Positions 51,483 through 64,000 of a DNA stretch of 64,000 nucleotides are shown here, piece after piece; position 1 is the stretch's first letter; each line of letters starts with the position of its first letter. Location: NCBI RefSeq assembly GCF_002105155.1, contig NW_019028989.1, forward strand, positions 248,001-312,000, written 5' to 3'. The notes below the pieces were generated by a model, which worked only from the letters and a program-made list of their open reading frames with translations, did not search any database and was not told the DNA's origin. The position numbers and the translations under genes were made by a program. The DNA comes from Lobosporangium transversale. Lineage: Eukaryota.

Positions 51483-51727
51483 AGTAAAAAGGTTACCTGG
51501 GACAAGAGATGGACTACAGAAACACGAGAAGGGCCTGAATGGAGTCTGCAGGAGAGCTATCCTGACATAAATAAAATGGGTAATGAGCGATGGAAGAGGA
51601 TTAAATGGCGATGGTGATTCGGAAGTATCAACTGGCAGAAAGGGATGGATTTAGCAAAAAGTCTACTACGTCACCTCATTAAAAGTTATAATTAAAAAAT
51701 ACCCCTACGTAACTTGAGTATCTAAGG
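47676..51727 (-). mobile_element. Mutator-like (MULE) DNA transposon with short terminal inverted repeats
   Basis: CCTTAGATACTCAAGT (47676-47691) and ACTTGAGTATCTAAGG (51712-51727) enclose the transposase gene. Confidence 0.75.
48670..51367 (-). CDS. MULE transposase with a WRKY/FAR1-like zinc finger and a C-terminal SWIM finger, intact (~870 aa)
   Basis: CHC...KVGCKA...HTGH; LDSTH, TTDD, LCLWH and TNNYVESWH; SWIM CNC..PCRH. First exon is ATG only (51365-51367), with intron 51280-51364 in frame. Confidence 0.9.
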
Positions 51728-51832
51728 ATATTCGTTACTTAGCAGCCACCAGCACGTGATCCTATTACCCTCTCACATGGTGGAAGATTCATTATAATTA
51801 CAGACCCATCAGTTACGGTTAGAAAATATACG

Positions 51833-52752
51833 ATGGCACCTCAACCTACCGGATCCACATCGACAATATCGGGCGGAACGTCATCAGGAACACAAATAAA
51901 TGTCATGGATTCCACATCTACACACAATGAGCAAACAAGACAAGATTTGGAGTTGAAGCTTCAAGAATTGATTGAGTGTCTGCTAGAACTTAGTATCACA
52001 GTCTACGACTTTCAATCTGAGAGCAACGCTCTAGTGCACCAGAAAATGTAAAGGATCCAGGAAGGCAAAGTGATACAGAAATCTGTTTTAATTCCTAGCG
52101 ACTAAATGCTCGTTTCCTCTTGGGTCATGGTTCATAGTCAAGACCTCATTGCACAACTATCTGATATTGAAGGATTCAAAGATAAACTGGACATGATGGT
52201 GCCATGGGAGGTTTTGAGGTGAAGTATCCGACTCCTTTTTTTTTTTTTTTATGGCTGTTATCTTAGTCCGTAATTTTTTAAGGAGCTTGGTATCTGACAT
52301 CGGACTGGTCATGTCGTGAGTATAGTTATATTGAGGATGGAAAGAATCCTGATCTGTTTTCAAAGAGTTTTGTGGAAGCTGTTGCCGGAGAAAACCAATT
52401 TACAAACGGAAAAATCACAGCGTTGAAGGCAAGTAATCGCATATTATAGATGGAATAATGGAAAATGCTAAACAATAATATGCAGGCACAAGCTAATACA
52501 AAATACTTTTTTCTTTTTTCCAATTTCCCTGGATAATAGAGTTTTGAGGCAGCATTGATGCAAAATTTAGGGTCAACCTTTCCAGATGAAATGTTAGATT
52601 ATCAGCAAATCCTTAAAAACGATGAAGCCATGAAATCTGACCCAGTAGTGAATACTATGCTATCTGACGATACTTCATCACCATCTGTGCCTGAGCAGAC
52701 GGCTGAAGGCTATTCGATGTCAAATAATACCTCTGCTTCACCTCCACTATAA
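51833..52752 (+). CDS. MED10: Mediator subunit Med10 (Nut2)
   Basis: LQELIECLLELSITVYDF, VPWEVL|YIEDGKNPDLFSKSFVE..ENQFTNGK. Confidence 0.9.
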
Positions 52753-52899
52753 GCATATTAGAGAATACACCTCTCAAATTGTATATTACTTTTCGCTTTC
52801 ATTCTTGAGTATTTTAATTTTTAGAAATAGTGATAAAGTTGAAAGATTCACGATTGATTAGCTTATCTTTTTTTTTTTTATCTCTATTGAATATCTTGT

Positions 52900-54765
52900 T
52901 TATGTAATTCGTTTCGAAATACGCCGCTTTTTCATTGGATGCGAGTCGTCCCCTTGCTCTTCATGCTGCACCTCATGCTTTCCCAGCTTTGATGGACTCG
53001 TCCTCATTGCTACTGAAGGTGTCACCATTGATGGATTCGTCTGCGCGGCCTGTAGCCAGGTCAAGAGCACGGTCAATGACCTTGCTACCCACATCCAGCG
53101 AGCAGGTCCCAGGTACAAGATATGGCGCGGTATGGGCAGCGAGGGAACTCCGGTGCTGATCTGCGTAGCTGTTTGTTGGGTTCGATGTTGCTGCTGTTGT
53201 TCTGGTTGGTTCCGTAGCACCGACAAAGATGCCCCAGATCCATCTAGCTCCTTCTTTTGCTGATATACCTTGGCTTTCAAAAAGCGATGGATCCTCGCTA
53301 AGATAAATTGCCCGTGTTCAATCCAGGCGACTGCATTGTAAATACGTTTAGGCTCTCGAGGTGAGAATTCGTCTGTGGGGACCAAGAATAAGATAACAAG
53401 CTCTATTAACAAGATCTCATGTCTGTACTTTGATGGGCGGTGAAGCTGGAATTCGGCAGGGTTAGGGAGTGTGAGCATGTCAAGGCAGAAGTGAATTAAG
53501 ACAATATAGAGCCGATGGGGTGGAAGGACTACCCCAGAGATAGGGGGCTCGAGGACGACCTGGTCGTTGTATTCTGGGAGGTGCTCTTCTGCAGAGGACT
53601 TGAAGCAAAGATCTTGTGCTGCATTCAGTTGAAAATATTGCAGATATGGATGTTGGCTGGTTGTTGAAAGTGCATGAGCGTACTCAAGAAAGGAATGACT
53701 TTGTTCCCAAAGGTATCTATCTGTCATCTCGTGCTCCAATTCCTCATCGTCATCGATTTCATTGTAATCGACATTGTGTGCTCTTGAAGGTTGGGTAGGT
53801 GCTGGGCAGCGGGAATGAGTGTAATCGCTGTTATACAGTCCTACTGTTGTCTTAAACATGTCAAGGACATTAACATAGGAAGATGAGAATCGCATGCCTC
53901 GACATATAGGGCAAGAAATGTTGCCGGCTAAATCCAAAGCTTGCTCACACTTCCAACAAATAAGATGCTGGCACCCAATAATTCTTTTCATTATTGTTCC
54001 AGATCTAAAGCATATTGGACAGCTATTTGGGTTGGACTGAGCTTCATCAATGTCACGGTCAACAGACCGAGATGTTGAAATAGGGACTAGGCTCTTCAGA
54101 TAATTAAGATAGGAGACGTTGCGCCATTGCTCCAGTGCATAAGGCTCAATTGTGGTCTTGAGCCAGGCCCTGATTCGTTGAATCGATGCGTTTTGAAGCA
54201 GGTCTTTGATATGGTGATAGACACCAATGGCATTAGAGATTTCGGGGGCAAGGAACATGCATCGACCTCGGCCTCGGAAAGGGAGTAAGGGGAACATTGG
54301 GTAATGTTGATGCGCAAACGAAATCGTAGTGTTTTTCGATTTGGTCGACTCAAGAGACATTTCTTGGACATTGTCCACACAGAGTATGTGTTGTGTTGTT
54401 GTAGGAGAAGATAAGCAGCTCGTCCATTCCATAGAACTATTGCTTGAATCCGAATTAGAAGGAGGTGCTACCGAAGAGATATCCTGAGAATCAGCCCTCT
54501 CAAGCACCACGGCTGGAGAGGATGAGGATCTTAATCCAGGGCAGGTTTCTAACGCCACCTCATTCCGATGACTGTTCAGCCAGATCTGAATATAGTCAAC
54601 TCGATAGTTCGTCGCTGATTCCTCACTAGATATAGAGTGGGCATAGTCAGAAACCTGAGGACGGTATCGATTCAAGGACGACATAGACGTGGGATATACA
54701 TCCAAAAATATAGAAGGTTGGTAACCATAGTTGGTGAAAATTGGAGGAAGTTTAGAACAAGACAT
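52900..54765 (-). CDS. Intronless protein with a central RING-HC finger
   Basis: CPIC...GCQHLICWKC...CPICR; C-terminal KKRR NLS-like motif. Confidence 0.75.
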   Translation of the reverse strand: MSCSKLPPIFTNYGYQPSIFLDVYPTSMSSLNRYRPQVSDYAHSISSEESATNYRVDYIQIWLNSHRNEVALETCPGLRSSSSPAVVLERADSQDISSVAPPSNSDSSNSSMEWTSCLSSPTTTQHILCVDNVQEMSLESTKSKNTTISFAHQHYPMFPLLPFRGRGRCMFLAPEISNAIGVYHHIKDLLQNASIQRIRAWLKTTIEPYALEQWRNVSYLNYLKSLVPISTSRSVDRDIDEAQSNPNSCPICFRSGTIMKRIIGCQHLICWKCEQALDLAGNISCPICRGMRFSSSYVNVLDMFKTTVGLYNSDYTHSRCPAPTQPSRAHNVDYNEIDDDEELEHEMTDRYLWEQSHSFLEYAHALSTTSQHPYLQYFQLNAAQDLCFKSSAEEHLPEYNDQVVLEPPISGVVLPPHRLYIVLIHFCLDMLTLPNPAEFQLHRPSKYRHEILLIELVILFLVPTDEFSPREPKRIYNAVAWIEHGQFILARIHRFLKAKVYQQKKELDGSGASLSVLRNQPEQQQQHRTQQTATQISTGVPSLPIPRHILYLGPARWMWVARSLTVLLTWLQAAQTNPSMVTPSVAMRTSPSKLGKHEVQHEEQGDDSHPMKKRRISKRIT

Positions 54766-55147
54766 TGTTGTTGTGAAAAGTTGAAGACAGACAGACGAGT
54801 TTGGGATAAGTGAAGAGGAATGGAATGTAAGCAAAGATGCACATTTTTAAAGACGTTAAGGATGTTTTTATCATTTTCTAGTGATTGAAACGCGTCTAAG
54901 ATCAAGCATTTGGCAGGGTTACAAGCCACTATATCGAAATTGACAGCACTTCACTCTATTGATCGACATTTCTCAACAACTCTCAATATCTGATGAGCGT
55001 CTTCATCTTTATAGTCTTAAATGAATACATGTTTCAAGTTTATTACGTCAAAATGGAAGAAAAATGTGTATAATGTAGCAGATGAAGGGTGACACGTGCG
55101 TATCAGAAATGGCATAATCGAGCAGAGGATGGCAATGTTCAAAGCAT

Positions 55148-55889
55148 TTAAGCGCCGCCGCTATACATTAGATTATAAAAATAATAGTAAAAAGAGATAT
55201 TAGAATATTTGATTGAGTCGCTCAAAATGTCCATGATCATCTTCAGATAAAGCAAGATGACCAACACGAGGTCATATCAATGATGGTTTGATCTAGAAAC
55301 CTACACAAGGATATTGTTAATGGGAATATGGATCAACTTAACGACGAAGCCAATGACGCCCATGACGAAGAAACCCATAGAGACGGCTTGGGTGATTTGC
55401 ATGAACTCTACACATCGTTGAAAATGAAATAAATAAATTAATAAATGACGCGCGTTAAAAAATTATGACCCTACACCCAAAACAAAAAAAAACGCCAAGG
55501 ACATGAATGAATGTTATTTCTGCCAGAAAAATGGTATTTGTCAGCGCATTATACAATGTTTTCATGATAGGAGCCGGAATATTGTGTTAATTTCCAGATG
55601 AAGTCTCAAAAAACTATTGCAATACAGAGAGTTGGTTTGACATGCTGTTCCCAAAATAGTCCTTCTTTTTTTGAGTCCCTTCCATAGCAGAGCAAGAAGT
55701 ATCTTTCTATAGGGTCATCGCCGCTGTCTGTTTATATTATTCCATTCGTTCTATTCGTTATCGGCTTGAACAATTGAGGATGAATATACCTTTGCGATCA
55801 GGCTTTGTGCAACGGTTGATGAATGCAACACCATCCTTAATAAATTGCTTAGGGCCTTCGATGGCAGTCTGGGCGAGTTCATTATCCAT
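55148..55889 (-). CDS. SEC61G: Protein translocon subunit Sec61 gamma (Sss1), 3 exons; absent from the ORF track
   Basis: [71 protein letters not shown]. Confidence 0.93.
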
Positions 55890-56234
55890 TTGCGAAGATG
55901 TGAGTGTTGAAGTGAATTTAACTAAAGAGAGGGAAGGTGAGAGAGGTTTGGCAACAAAAGAAGGAGAGAGAGAGGATGAGAAGATGAAGCCTTGATTTTA
56001 GAATATGAGAATGAGAGCAAATTGAGGGCCTTAGGACAACCAATCAAAAGCAGCCAGTGAGTAGCATTGAAAATTTTGGATCCACTATTTCCATGATTCA
56101 TTTTGTTATTGCCAATCATAGAAACTGTCAAAGACAAGCCACCATAATCCCAAATGAAACAGCTTCTGGCTACAACAACACATCACCTCTTTCAACCATC
56201 GACCGCCGTAAGAATCAGCAACACAGTTACAGCC

Positions 56235-56863
56235 ATGTCTTTCTTTATGAACAGTGCAGCCAACCAGACGGTTAATATGCAGAACATGGCCATGGCCGAG
56301 CAAGAGCTTGAAATGGTGTCGGACCTGTTTAACCGGTAAATTCACCAATGATTTATCTACTATCATACCGTAAATAAAAAAGGAGTGAGATATGTTCTTG
56401 ACCAGAAACGGTGTTGCTAGCTGTAGCATGGATTGTGATAATGGGATTATGAATATTGATTGTACCCGCTAACAGCTTTCTTATACTCTGTCTTATCTTA
56501 TTTCTTATCAACACCTTTGTTTGCCCATTTGTTCTGATCTACGAACTCCGTTTCATCATTGGACTTCAAAACTATGGCTTCACATTTTCTTCTATGGACT
56601 AAAATGATGTTTGGTTATTTGAATAAATATTCTGGACTCTTTTCATATCATGGTGAACATCGCTTTGGACAATGCCTTTATTCAACCGTTACAGCATCGT
56701 GTCGTCATGCCACCAAAAATGCATCCCCAAGACCTACATCGAAGGCGATTTGAACAAAGGCGAGGCAGTCTGTATCGACCGCTGTGTTTCCAAATTTTTC
56801 GAGGTCAACAAGTCTGTAGGCACTAAACTTCAGCAAATGTCTGGAGCTGGTCTTCCCATGTAA
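56235..56863 (+). CDS. TIM10: Mitochondrial import chaperone Tim10 (twin CX3C), 2 exons
   Basis: AEQELEMVSDLFNR|IVSSCHQKCI...DLNKGEAVCIDRCVSKFF. Confidence 0.95.
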
Positions 56864-56966
56864 AATATGCACCGTAGCCGTTATCCTCAATAAACTGATG
56901 GCTTTGTATGAGGTTATTATGTGAATATTTGCTGCTTTATTATGCTACCATGTACGCTTTTGGATT

Positions 56967-57404
56967 TCATTCGACGCCAATAGCCTCGCCTACTTTCCTG
57001 AATGCATATCCAACACACTCACAAGGGACACCAACCAAATCGAGTGTTCTTATTGCTACCTCTTCACACCCAATACGAATGTAAAAGGCCCTGCCTTGAG
57101 TGTTAGCCATAAGAGTCCAGATGATAACTCCTTTCCTCATGTTGAGGCGCTCATATGCTTCCTTTAAGGCCCCCAATACCAACTTGCGACCAACACCTCC
57201 TCCTTGGACGCCAATCTTGACATAGAGTGTATCAATTTCACAATCAAAGTCATTCTGAGACCAGCCTTCATAAAATCGATGGTTGTAGGCGCGTTTCCAG
57301 TATGGTGCCATGGCTTGGGACATACCAATGACTTCATGCTCATTAGTTCTTGGATTTATCCTTTCAGCAACGACATAAACCATCTCTCGCTTCTCAACTG
57401 GGTC

Positions 57405-57442
<38 letters not shown>

Positions 57443-57942
57443 CCCAAATAGAATTGAGCAAGAAATCAGTTGAGAATCAGCAAACACATAATAGCAAAGT
57501 ACTAAAATTATCGGGGACCGCTGTAATTGTGAATGAGGTGCTTCAATGCAATTGTATTGGACAAGCGTTTCCTTCTTCAACACATTCCGACTTATACATA
57601 ACCATCTCATCACATACGAGCCATTCTCTTTGTATGATAGCCTGTCATTGAAACAGGATCCAAACTATCAAAGAAGCCTTTCGGGAGTATACCTCGATAA
57701 TGGAGGATGTAGTTTGAGAACTGCATCTCGGTCATTAACGCTGCATCTTCGGCCTTGCCGTGACGAAAGATCACTTTCTCGACAGGCCCATCAGCGAGAT
57801 TGGTTAACGAAGAGGATGCGCCCGTAGATACATTGGATAGGGCCGCAGAGCGGACAGGCGGTCGGATAGGGACGGTAATTAAGATTGAGGGTGTGCCTGA
57901 ATTTCCATTACTAGGATCTGCAAGAGTGTTATCGACAGTCAT
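56967..57942 (-). CDS. GNAT-family N-acetyltransferase, 2 exons
   Basis: EIDTLYV...QGGGVGRKL (motif A) and NTQGRAFY..IG. Confidence 0.85.
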
Positions 57943-58445
57943 GTCTGCTCGGAAGAGTTGAGGGAAAAACAAAAGAGCATCCCAACAACAACAAATTCTC
58001 TTCAAATATTGCCATCAGATGGAAGTGGATGGAGCATCATGGAAATAACCGGTGTTGATTAAACTCGGTAATGATTGTTAGCTCCAGATTGAGTTTGGTA
58101 ATGAGTCAAAGTAGCTTGTTGAGTCATTTACACCAAACAATTCTTCATTAAGCAAAAGCGCAGCGCTTTTAAGTTGAGGAGAAGAATGCCATTTTGTGGT
58201 TTTGTGTAACAGAAAAAGGGTTATGCCAAAGCTCCACTTTTGACATTCAAACAAGGAAACTGCAAGGACTATTCAAAGTATTATGCATTTCTTTCAGAGG
58301 TTTGAAGAACAGGTGTTGAGTACCCTGACTATATTCATGACAGAAGATGAGATGTTTTTAATGAGGTCATCATATCTCTAGGCGTATCGACTAAGTTTAT
58401 GTCTTCATCTGCTTCTTTAATTAAACTCATAGTTATTGCCGAGGG

Positions 58446-59729
58446 TTAGGCTAGCGTTTGTCCAGGCAAGGGTTTTCTGAATTTACCCTGCAGCCATATT
58501 CTATACATCTTGATCTTTCGCAGTCGATTGACGATCAGTCGTCTATCGACAGCATTCTGCTCTATCGTAAATCTGGACCCAAACATCTGGAAAATTTCAT
58601 CAGAGTCGAAGAAATAAACACGCGTGCCATCGCCGCGAACGTAAAAATTTTCCGAAAGCATGCGGTTCTTCTTGAAACGCAATTGCGCCATATCGTAGCG
58701 ACCATAATCACGGAACACAATCAATCCTCCTGGTTTTAGCATCTGTATCAGGCAATGAGCAAAGTATACAGTATATCAATAGGATCTTATTTAGCGATTG
58801 GATTAAAAAAATTAAAATAAAAATGGAAAGAAAACAAAATGAAATGACATACCTTCTCAAGATTTTTTACAGCTTGGTTCCATTTATCAGGGTGCACAGC
58901 AGAGAGTACGAATATCAAGACTAGAATGTCCATTGACTCAGGCTCAATTTCTGGTGGGATATCATCATCTGTCAGATCCCAGACAAACGCTTTCCCTCTG
59001 TTGGGATCGTACGCTACATTGTTTTTAACTACTTCTACTGCTGTTGAAGAAAAATCGCAGGCGTATACGAAGAGATTAGGGTTTTTGCTTTCAGTTAACA
59101 ATGGAAACATAGTGTTGCCTGCACCACACCCTATTTCCAAGACTTTCTTTTCACCAGCCTAAAAAAGACGTTAATCGTAGGTGTCAATCGATCGAAGGGT
59201 AAAAGAAATGCTAATAATATACTATTATTATCCAGGTGAAGGCATAAAAGGAAAAAAGCCTACATTTGCTTCAATTATTTGAAAGAGCTCGGGAAATTCA
59301 ATCCGGAGCCAATGCCGATCCTTAAAGAACTTATGCTCATTCTTGGTGTAGAATTTATTCCAGTACTCTGCTGCATCTGCATGGAACTTTTGCACGAGTT
59401 CCTCAGGAACAGGATCTTTACTCTGTCGTGCGATCTGGTTCCGAGCATGCTGCTCTTGTTCCTCGTCCCAGATCGCATGGTCCCTACATCATTTTGGACA
59501 CAAATTTGTGGTAAGGAATATGAGACTTGAATCACCATAATTGATTGGATTCTATTAAAATAACAATAATAAAATACCATGCGTTTTGCTCAAACACTGC
59601 AGATTCGTCCACCAGAACACGGCCCCCAAACGGCGCATTTGCAGGTGCGTTGATGTCTCGTGAGCTAGACTCACGTTTCTTTGGTTGTTCTGCTGTCGAC
59701 ATTGCTGAGAATTTGATCTTTTTTGTCAT
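58446..59729 (-). CDS. TRM140: tRNA m3C methyltransferase (Trm140/METTL2-like)
   Basis: FEQNAW|DH, YWNKFY...FFKDRHW, LEIGCGAGNT, YACDFS, FRDYGRYD and YVRGDGT motifs. Confidence 0.92.
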
Positions 59730-59838
59730 GAAGTTTCTCTGCTGGCCTTCGCCCTTCTACAGCAGTCACTGTTTTCCTTTTAAAAAAGTGTTCCTTTTTA
59801 TACACTCACCTCACTCACCATCACAACTGCACTATACA

Positions 59839-60135
59839 ATGGCGACTCCAACACAAGACTGGACAAACGAGCAACTTCTCTCAGATGCTGTCAGCAAGAA
59901 GGACATTGTCACCTTTCTCCACCTCAACGCTAGTCATGATTTTTTAGTAGAATACAAACTCACTGGAAAGTTGACTACTGTTGTCAAAAATGGTAGGCTT
60001 TTTACACAATATATTTATTTGCACAATTGAATAGGTGAACACTTATTTACTTGTCAACTTTATTGACTGGTCCGTCTTGCAAATGGACCGTAAACCGAGT
60101 TCAAAAAAACACATTCTTAGTCTTTTTCTTTTTTT

Positions 60136-60176
<41 letters not shown>

Positions 60177-60765
60177 TAAAAGCTAAGAAGGATTCTCTTG
60201 TTGATGCCTACAATTCTCTGTTTACTCGCCAGGCCTTCCGTGGGGCGGACGAACCATCGGAGGAAGAAATTATGGCAGCCAAGAACGCTGCTCCCGTTGT
60301 AGAGAAGAAAGAGGAAGTGACTACAGAAGTCGCACCACCAAAATTTACCAAGGTAGTTCTTAAGAAAGGCGATAAGCAAGGATATCCAAGGAAAGGCAGC
60401 CAAGGTATTTTTTATTTTTTTTTGATGTTGTGGCATCAGCTGTATATTTAGACGCAAAGAAATTCATATGTTTTTCTCTCTTTTCTCTAGTTGCTGTTTT
60501 CTATACTGGGTACTTTGACGATGGCACCGTCTTTGACAGCAATGATAACGCCAGGAAGAAAAATCCTCTGCGCTTCAAGGTTGGAGTTGGTCATGTCATT
60601 GCTGGTTGGGACGAAGCCATGTTATCCATGTCTCGTGGTGAAAAGGCAAAAATTACGATCGAACCTGAGCATGCCTATGGCAGGAAAGGTGTCCCTGATG
60701 CCAAAGTCCCAATCCCTCCAAATTCACGTCTCACTTTTGATGTTGAGTTGGTTTCTTTTGACTAG
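59839..60765 (+). CDS. FKBP25/FKBP3-like peptidyl-prolyl isomerase (N-terminal helical domain + FKBP domain)
   Basis: WTNEQL...VSKKDIVTFL N-terminal domain; YTG..DGTVFDS, VIAGWDEA, AYG and IPPNS.LTFDVEL. Confidence 0.88.
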
Positions 60766-61535
60766 TGGTGTAAAGTATCGTCAAAGATAAAGTGTAGATA
60801 ATAAAATAGAGTATGTAAAAAGAAAGAAAGAAAGAAAGGAAGAATTGCCTGTCCAATAATATTGGACGAGACACTTTCAAAATCACTTGTAGCTCTTCTG
60901 GCAGTCCTGGTATAAGAGCTAAAATCTTTTTTTCGAATTTATTCTCACGACTGCAATATTGGCTTCATTGCCACAGTAGCTGAAGATTTCAGGACCGTTA
61001 AGCATGAACTCAAGGTGCCTTGTTGCTGTACTTTGATGGTCCTGTTCCAGTTGGGGCCCTTACTGGAGGTAAGATGATGTAGAAACTTAGGTGATGCGAT
61101 TGTTTATTATCTGTCGATAGAGAGACATGTTACAAGTTGTCCACATAAGCCTTTAGACAAAGGAAATAGCAATCCGTTAAGATGGATTATATTTGTAACC
61201 GTTTTAAAAAGCTTTATGCCTGATTGAGACCAAAAAGGATACGCGGGTAGTATCAGAATCAGCGTCGAATCATCTTCATTGGGTAACTGCCAAGAAGTCG
61301 CATGTTTTTGAAATTTGTTCGAAAAAGAGCTTCAAGGGATATATTTTATATTTATTTTATCCAGGATAATATAATACATGGGTTAACTAGTGGATTTCGT
61401 GACAAGAGGATTATAACTAGGAAAGTGTAAAAGTCAGGAGAGGATCAAGAGTCAATCTAAACGTACGCTTCTTTTCTCCAAAGCGCTGGTGTTAATATGA
61501 ATGATATAGATGTGTAATTATTGATGCAGCCTGTC

Positions 61536-64000
61536 CTATTCTTTCCGAGCCTTTTTCGTAGCTGGACCTTCATCAGTGGTATCTTCGCCATTCCCTAAAG
61601 AAGACTTTGGTCGCGTTGTGTCTACATCAGGAGATGCACCTGCTGGGCCAGAGTTATTTGATGGAGATGAAGTATTTGGCGTCGACGTGATGCGCAGATT
61701 TGATCCCGGTGCAGAAGTATTTTTAGACGTCGAGACAGAAGAGCTCTCTCCAGATGTCTGGCCCTTTGCAAGTGGGCTTGGCTGGTGAACGCGTGACAGT
61801 TCTCGCTCCCTAGGGACAGGCCATGGGAAAGCTGAGCTAGGCTGTGCACTTGTAGGCGTCTGTCCAAACACAATTGGGCTCAGCTCCGCTTGTGAAGCAT
61901 AAAACTCTGGATAAAATGTCGATGGTGATGGAAGTAGGTTCTTAGCGAACTGAGATGGTAGCGTCGAAGACATAGGTGCTGGTTCCAACGGTTTCTTTTG
62001 GATCTTTGAGATACAGAAAAAAAAAATATACACATCATAAAAAGGTAGGCATTTGAATAAATAGAATGCAAGAAATAACGCGCATGGGAAACAATTGGAA
62101 ATAAGGAGTTTCGCAAACTTAATATACATACAGGTGGAAGTTCACTAGACTCTTCCTCTTTGATAATTGTGCCAGCAAGAGTAGCGCTTTCTTTGCTCTC
62201 TGTTGGTATCTGGACACGAAGTTTTGGCTTCTTGATACCGCCATTAGTTGGGCTGAGAACAGGCGATATAGCTCCTGATGCTGAGTTAGGAGGATTTGGA
62301 GCTGTGATCGAAGACCCATCTGTCATGGGCGAGTCTCCGTTCATTGGTGAATGGCCTGCTTTCATGGCGTTTTGAGTGCTTATAGTTGGCGAAGCTGACT
62401 GTGAAAGCGGTTGCTGCTGAACTGGGAGTGTGATAGGGGTTGGCAAAGTTGTTGATATCGATGTGTTTGTCGTCACAGGGAGCTGAATATTCTGTGAGCT
62501 CTGAGGCGGAGGCATAACTCGGTTTACGAATGGAGCAGGTTGATGAAATTGTTGTGGTTGATAGGACCGATTTTGAGACTGCATTGGATCTTGATGATAC
62601 ATAGTATCTTGGATTGCCTGTGGCTGCGGTTGTTGCTGGTGTTGCGATTGCTGTTGCTGGTGTTGCTGCTGGCGGGGTGGTTGAGGTGACGAATGCTGTG
62701 ACGCTGGAAGCTGTTGAAGATGCGGGGGATGCTGGGGTTGTTGTTGCTGATAGTGCTGGGGTTGGTAATGCTGTGACTGCTGCTGCAGAAATAAATGTTG
62801 TTGTTGATGTTGCTGGGAATACTGAGGCTGTGCAGGGTACTGCTGTTGTTGGACATAGGCCTGTGAACGATACTGAGGGTCTAGATGCTGTGGTGGCTGT
62901 TGGTATTGGATGCCGTCGTACTGCTGAGGATGGATAACCACATTCGGCGGGACCTGGAATGTGCTACGAGGCATGTGGGGTGATATGGATGAGGGTGTAT
63001 GTTGGAGAACCTGCTGTTGGGGAGGCGTATGCATGTGAACTTGAGCAGGAGTACTGTGTGGCTGCGGTGTTACTGATAGTTTACCCCTGTCATCTCCTGC
63101 CACGGATAATACATCATCATCATCGTCCTCCTCTTTGCTTTCTGTTGCATTAAGAAACTCCTTATTGGTGTAAGTCTCGCACGTGTCATTGTACTATATA
63201 ATAAATAAAAGTGACAGTTATTATTAAAATGCAATTGGATCATCCGACAATCCTCTGTTGAGTGATGTTGTTCCCGAATTAGCTGTCCCATTTGAATTGT
63301 TGTTTGATAACAGCCATATTAATGCTCTTTCTCGAATACTATACACAGAGTTCTTGGCCGTATAATCCCACTGTCTTGGCGCATAAAATGTCAGAGAACA
63401 ATTTAGCATTTATCTTATGTATTAGGTTTTTATCCTTACCTCTGTATATCTGAGAAGAATTTGGTCAATGTCGTGCGAAGAGTACTGAACTAGTTTGTTA
63501 TTCGAATTAAAAATAATCAGACCAATCTGGCAGTCGCAGAGGACACTCAGCTCCATCGCTTTTTTCATTAGACCAAAGCGTCTCTTCTGGAACGTAACCT
63601 ACATCAAAAGTCCACCAACAAGAGTGTTATTGCCATGAATGAATTGAACAAGTGGGTTAACAAACTATACTGCTTGATAATTGAAAGCGAAGAAATATGC
63701 TCCCGAAGTTTGTGCCAAGGCCCTATTCCGTTCTCCTGGAAATCCAATTGCTATTAATAAAACAAGCTATGCTAGAGAATTCCTTTAGACCAAGATGCAG
63801 GACAGGAGAGCCTCGAAAAGAAAGTTGGGCAAAGCCAGTCGGATAAAAGAATGAAGTTTTATCCTTTGTTTCTGATAGTGCTGATTGCTTATTTCTGCAA
63901 GTTACACCTTACGTGTTAAGCATTATAGGCAGTGTTTCTGCAACTAATATGTTGAGTGCTATGAAGGAATTATAAATTTCTATGAGGTTTGTACCTGACG
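61536..64000 (-). CDS. MADS-box MEF2/Rlm1-type transcription factor, 5' partial (exon 1 runs off the right edge)
   Basis: ...[32 protein letters not shown]...[13 protein letters not shown]; Gln/Pro-rich middle; KPKLRVQIP and LLPSPSTFY motifs. Confidence 0.9.

Noticed and set aside
56465..56480. Internal GCTAACAG branch point/acceptor in the TIM10 intron
   Set aside because: Could be an alternative 3' splice site, but nothing in the sequence supports its use.
60880..61300. Possible gene remnant between the FKBP and MADS-box genes
   Set aside because: No ORF of 60 aa or more and no recognisable motif; probably 3' UTRs.

Overview
Eukaryotic, intron-rich fungal DNA with long A/T homopolymers in introns. 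Gene content (Crinkler-type genes, FKBP25-like, SEC61-gamma) suggests an early-diverging fungus, probably Mortierellaceae; this is inference and was not confirmed. The window has about 19 conserved or recognisable genes: PTGR1-like oxidoreductase, RSM23/DAP3, ATP4, PRP40, TAD1, DNM1, SAS10, LYR/IRC19-like, MSE1, YTM1, A1 aspartic protease, APC10, RPP0, BAG protein, MED10, RING protein, SEC61G, TIM10, GNAT, TRM140/METTL2, FKBP3-like and a partial MEF2/RLM1. At least six mobile elements are interleaved with them. The most notable are: (1) a 5.0-kb TA-flanked pogo-type transposon with ~200-bp TIRs that carries a Crinkler (CRN) ubiquitin-like + PD-(D/E)xK nuclease gene as cargo; (2) a probable Helitron-derived region with a Helitron-type zinc finger linked to a divergent UCH (peptidase C12) deubiquitinase domain whose catalytic residues are intact; (3) a 1.28-kb almost fully palindromic foldback element with an 8-bp TSD nested in that region; (4) a Tc1 element that splits a host exon; (5) a MULE/SWIM transposon with atypical ends; and (6) an intronic box C/D snoRNA in RPP0 with an 18S rRNA guide. 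All calls are by eye; no database searches were run.
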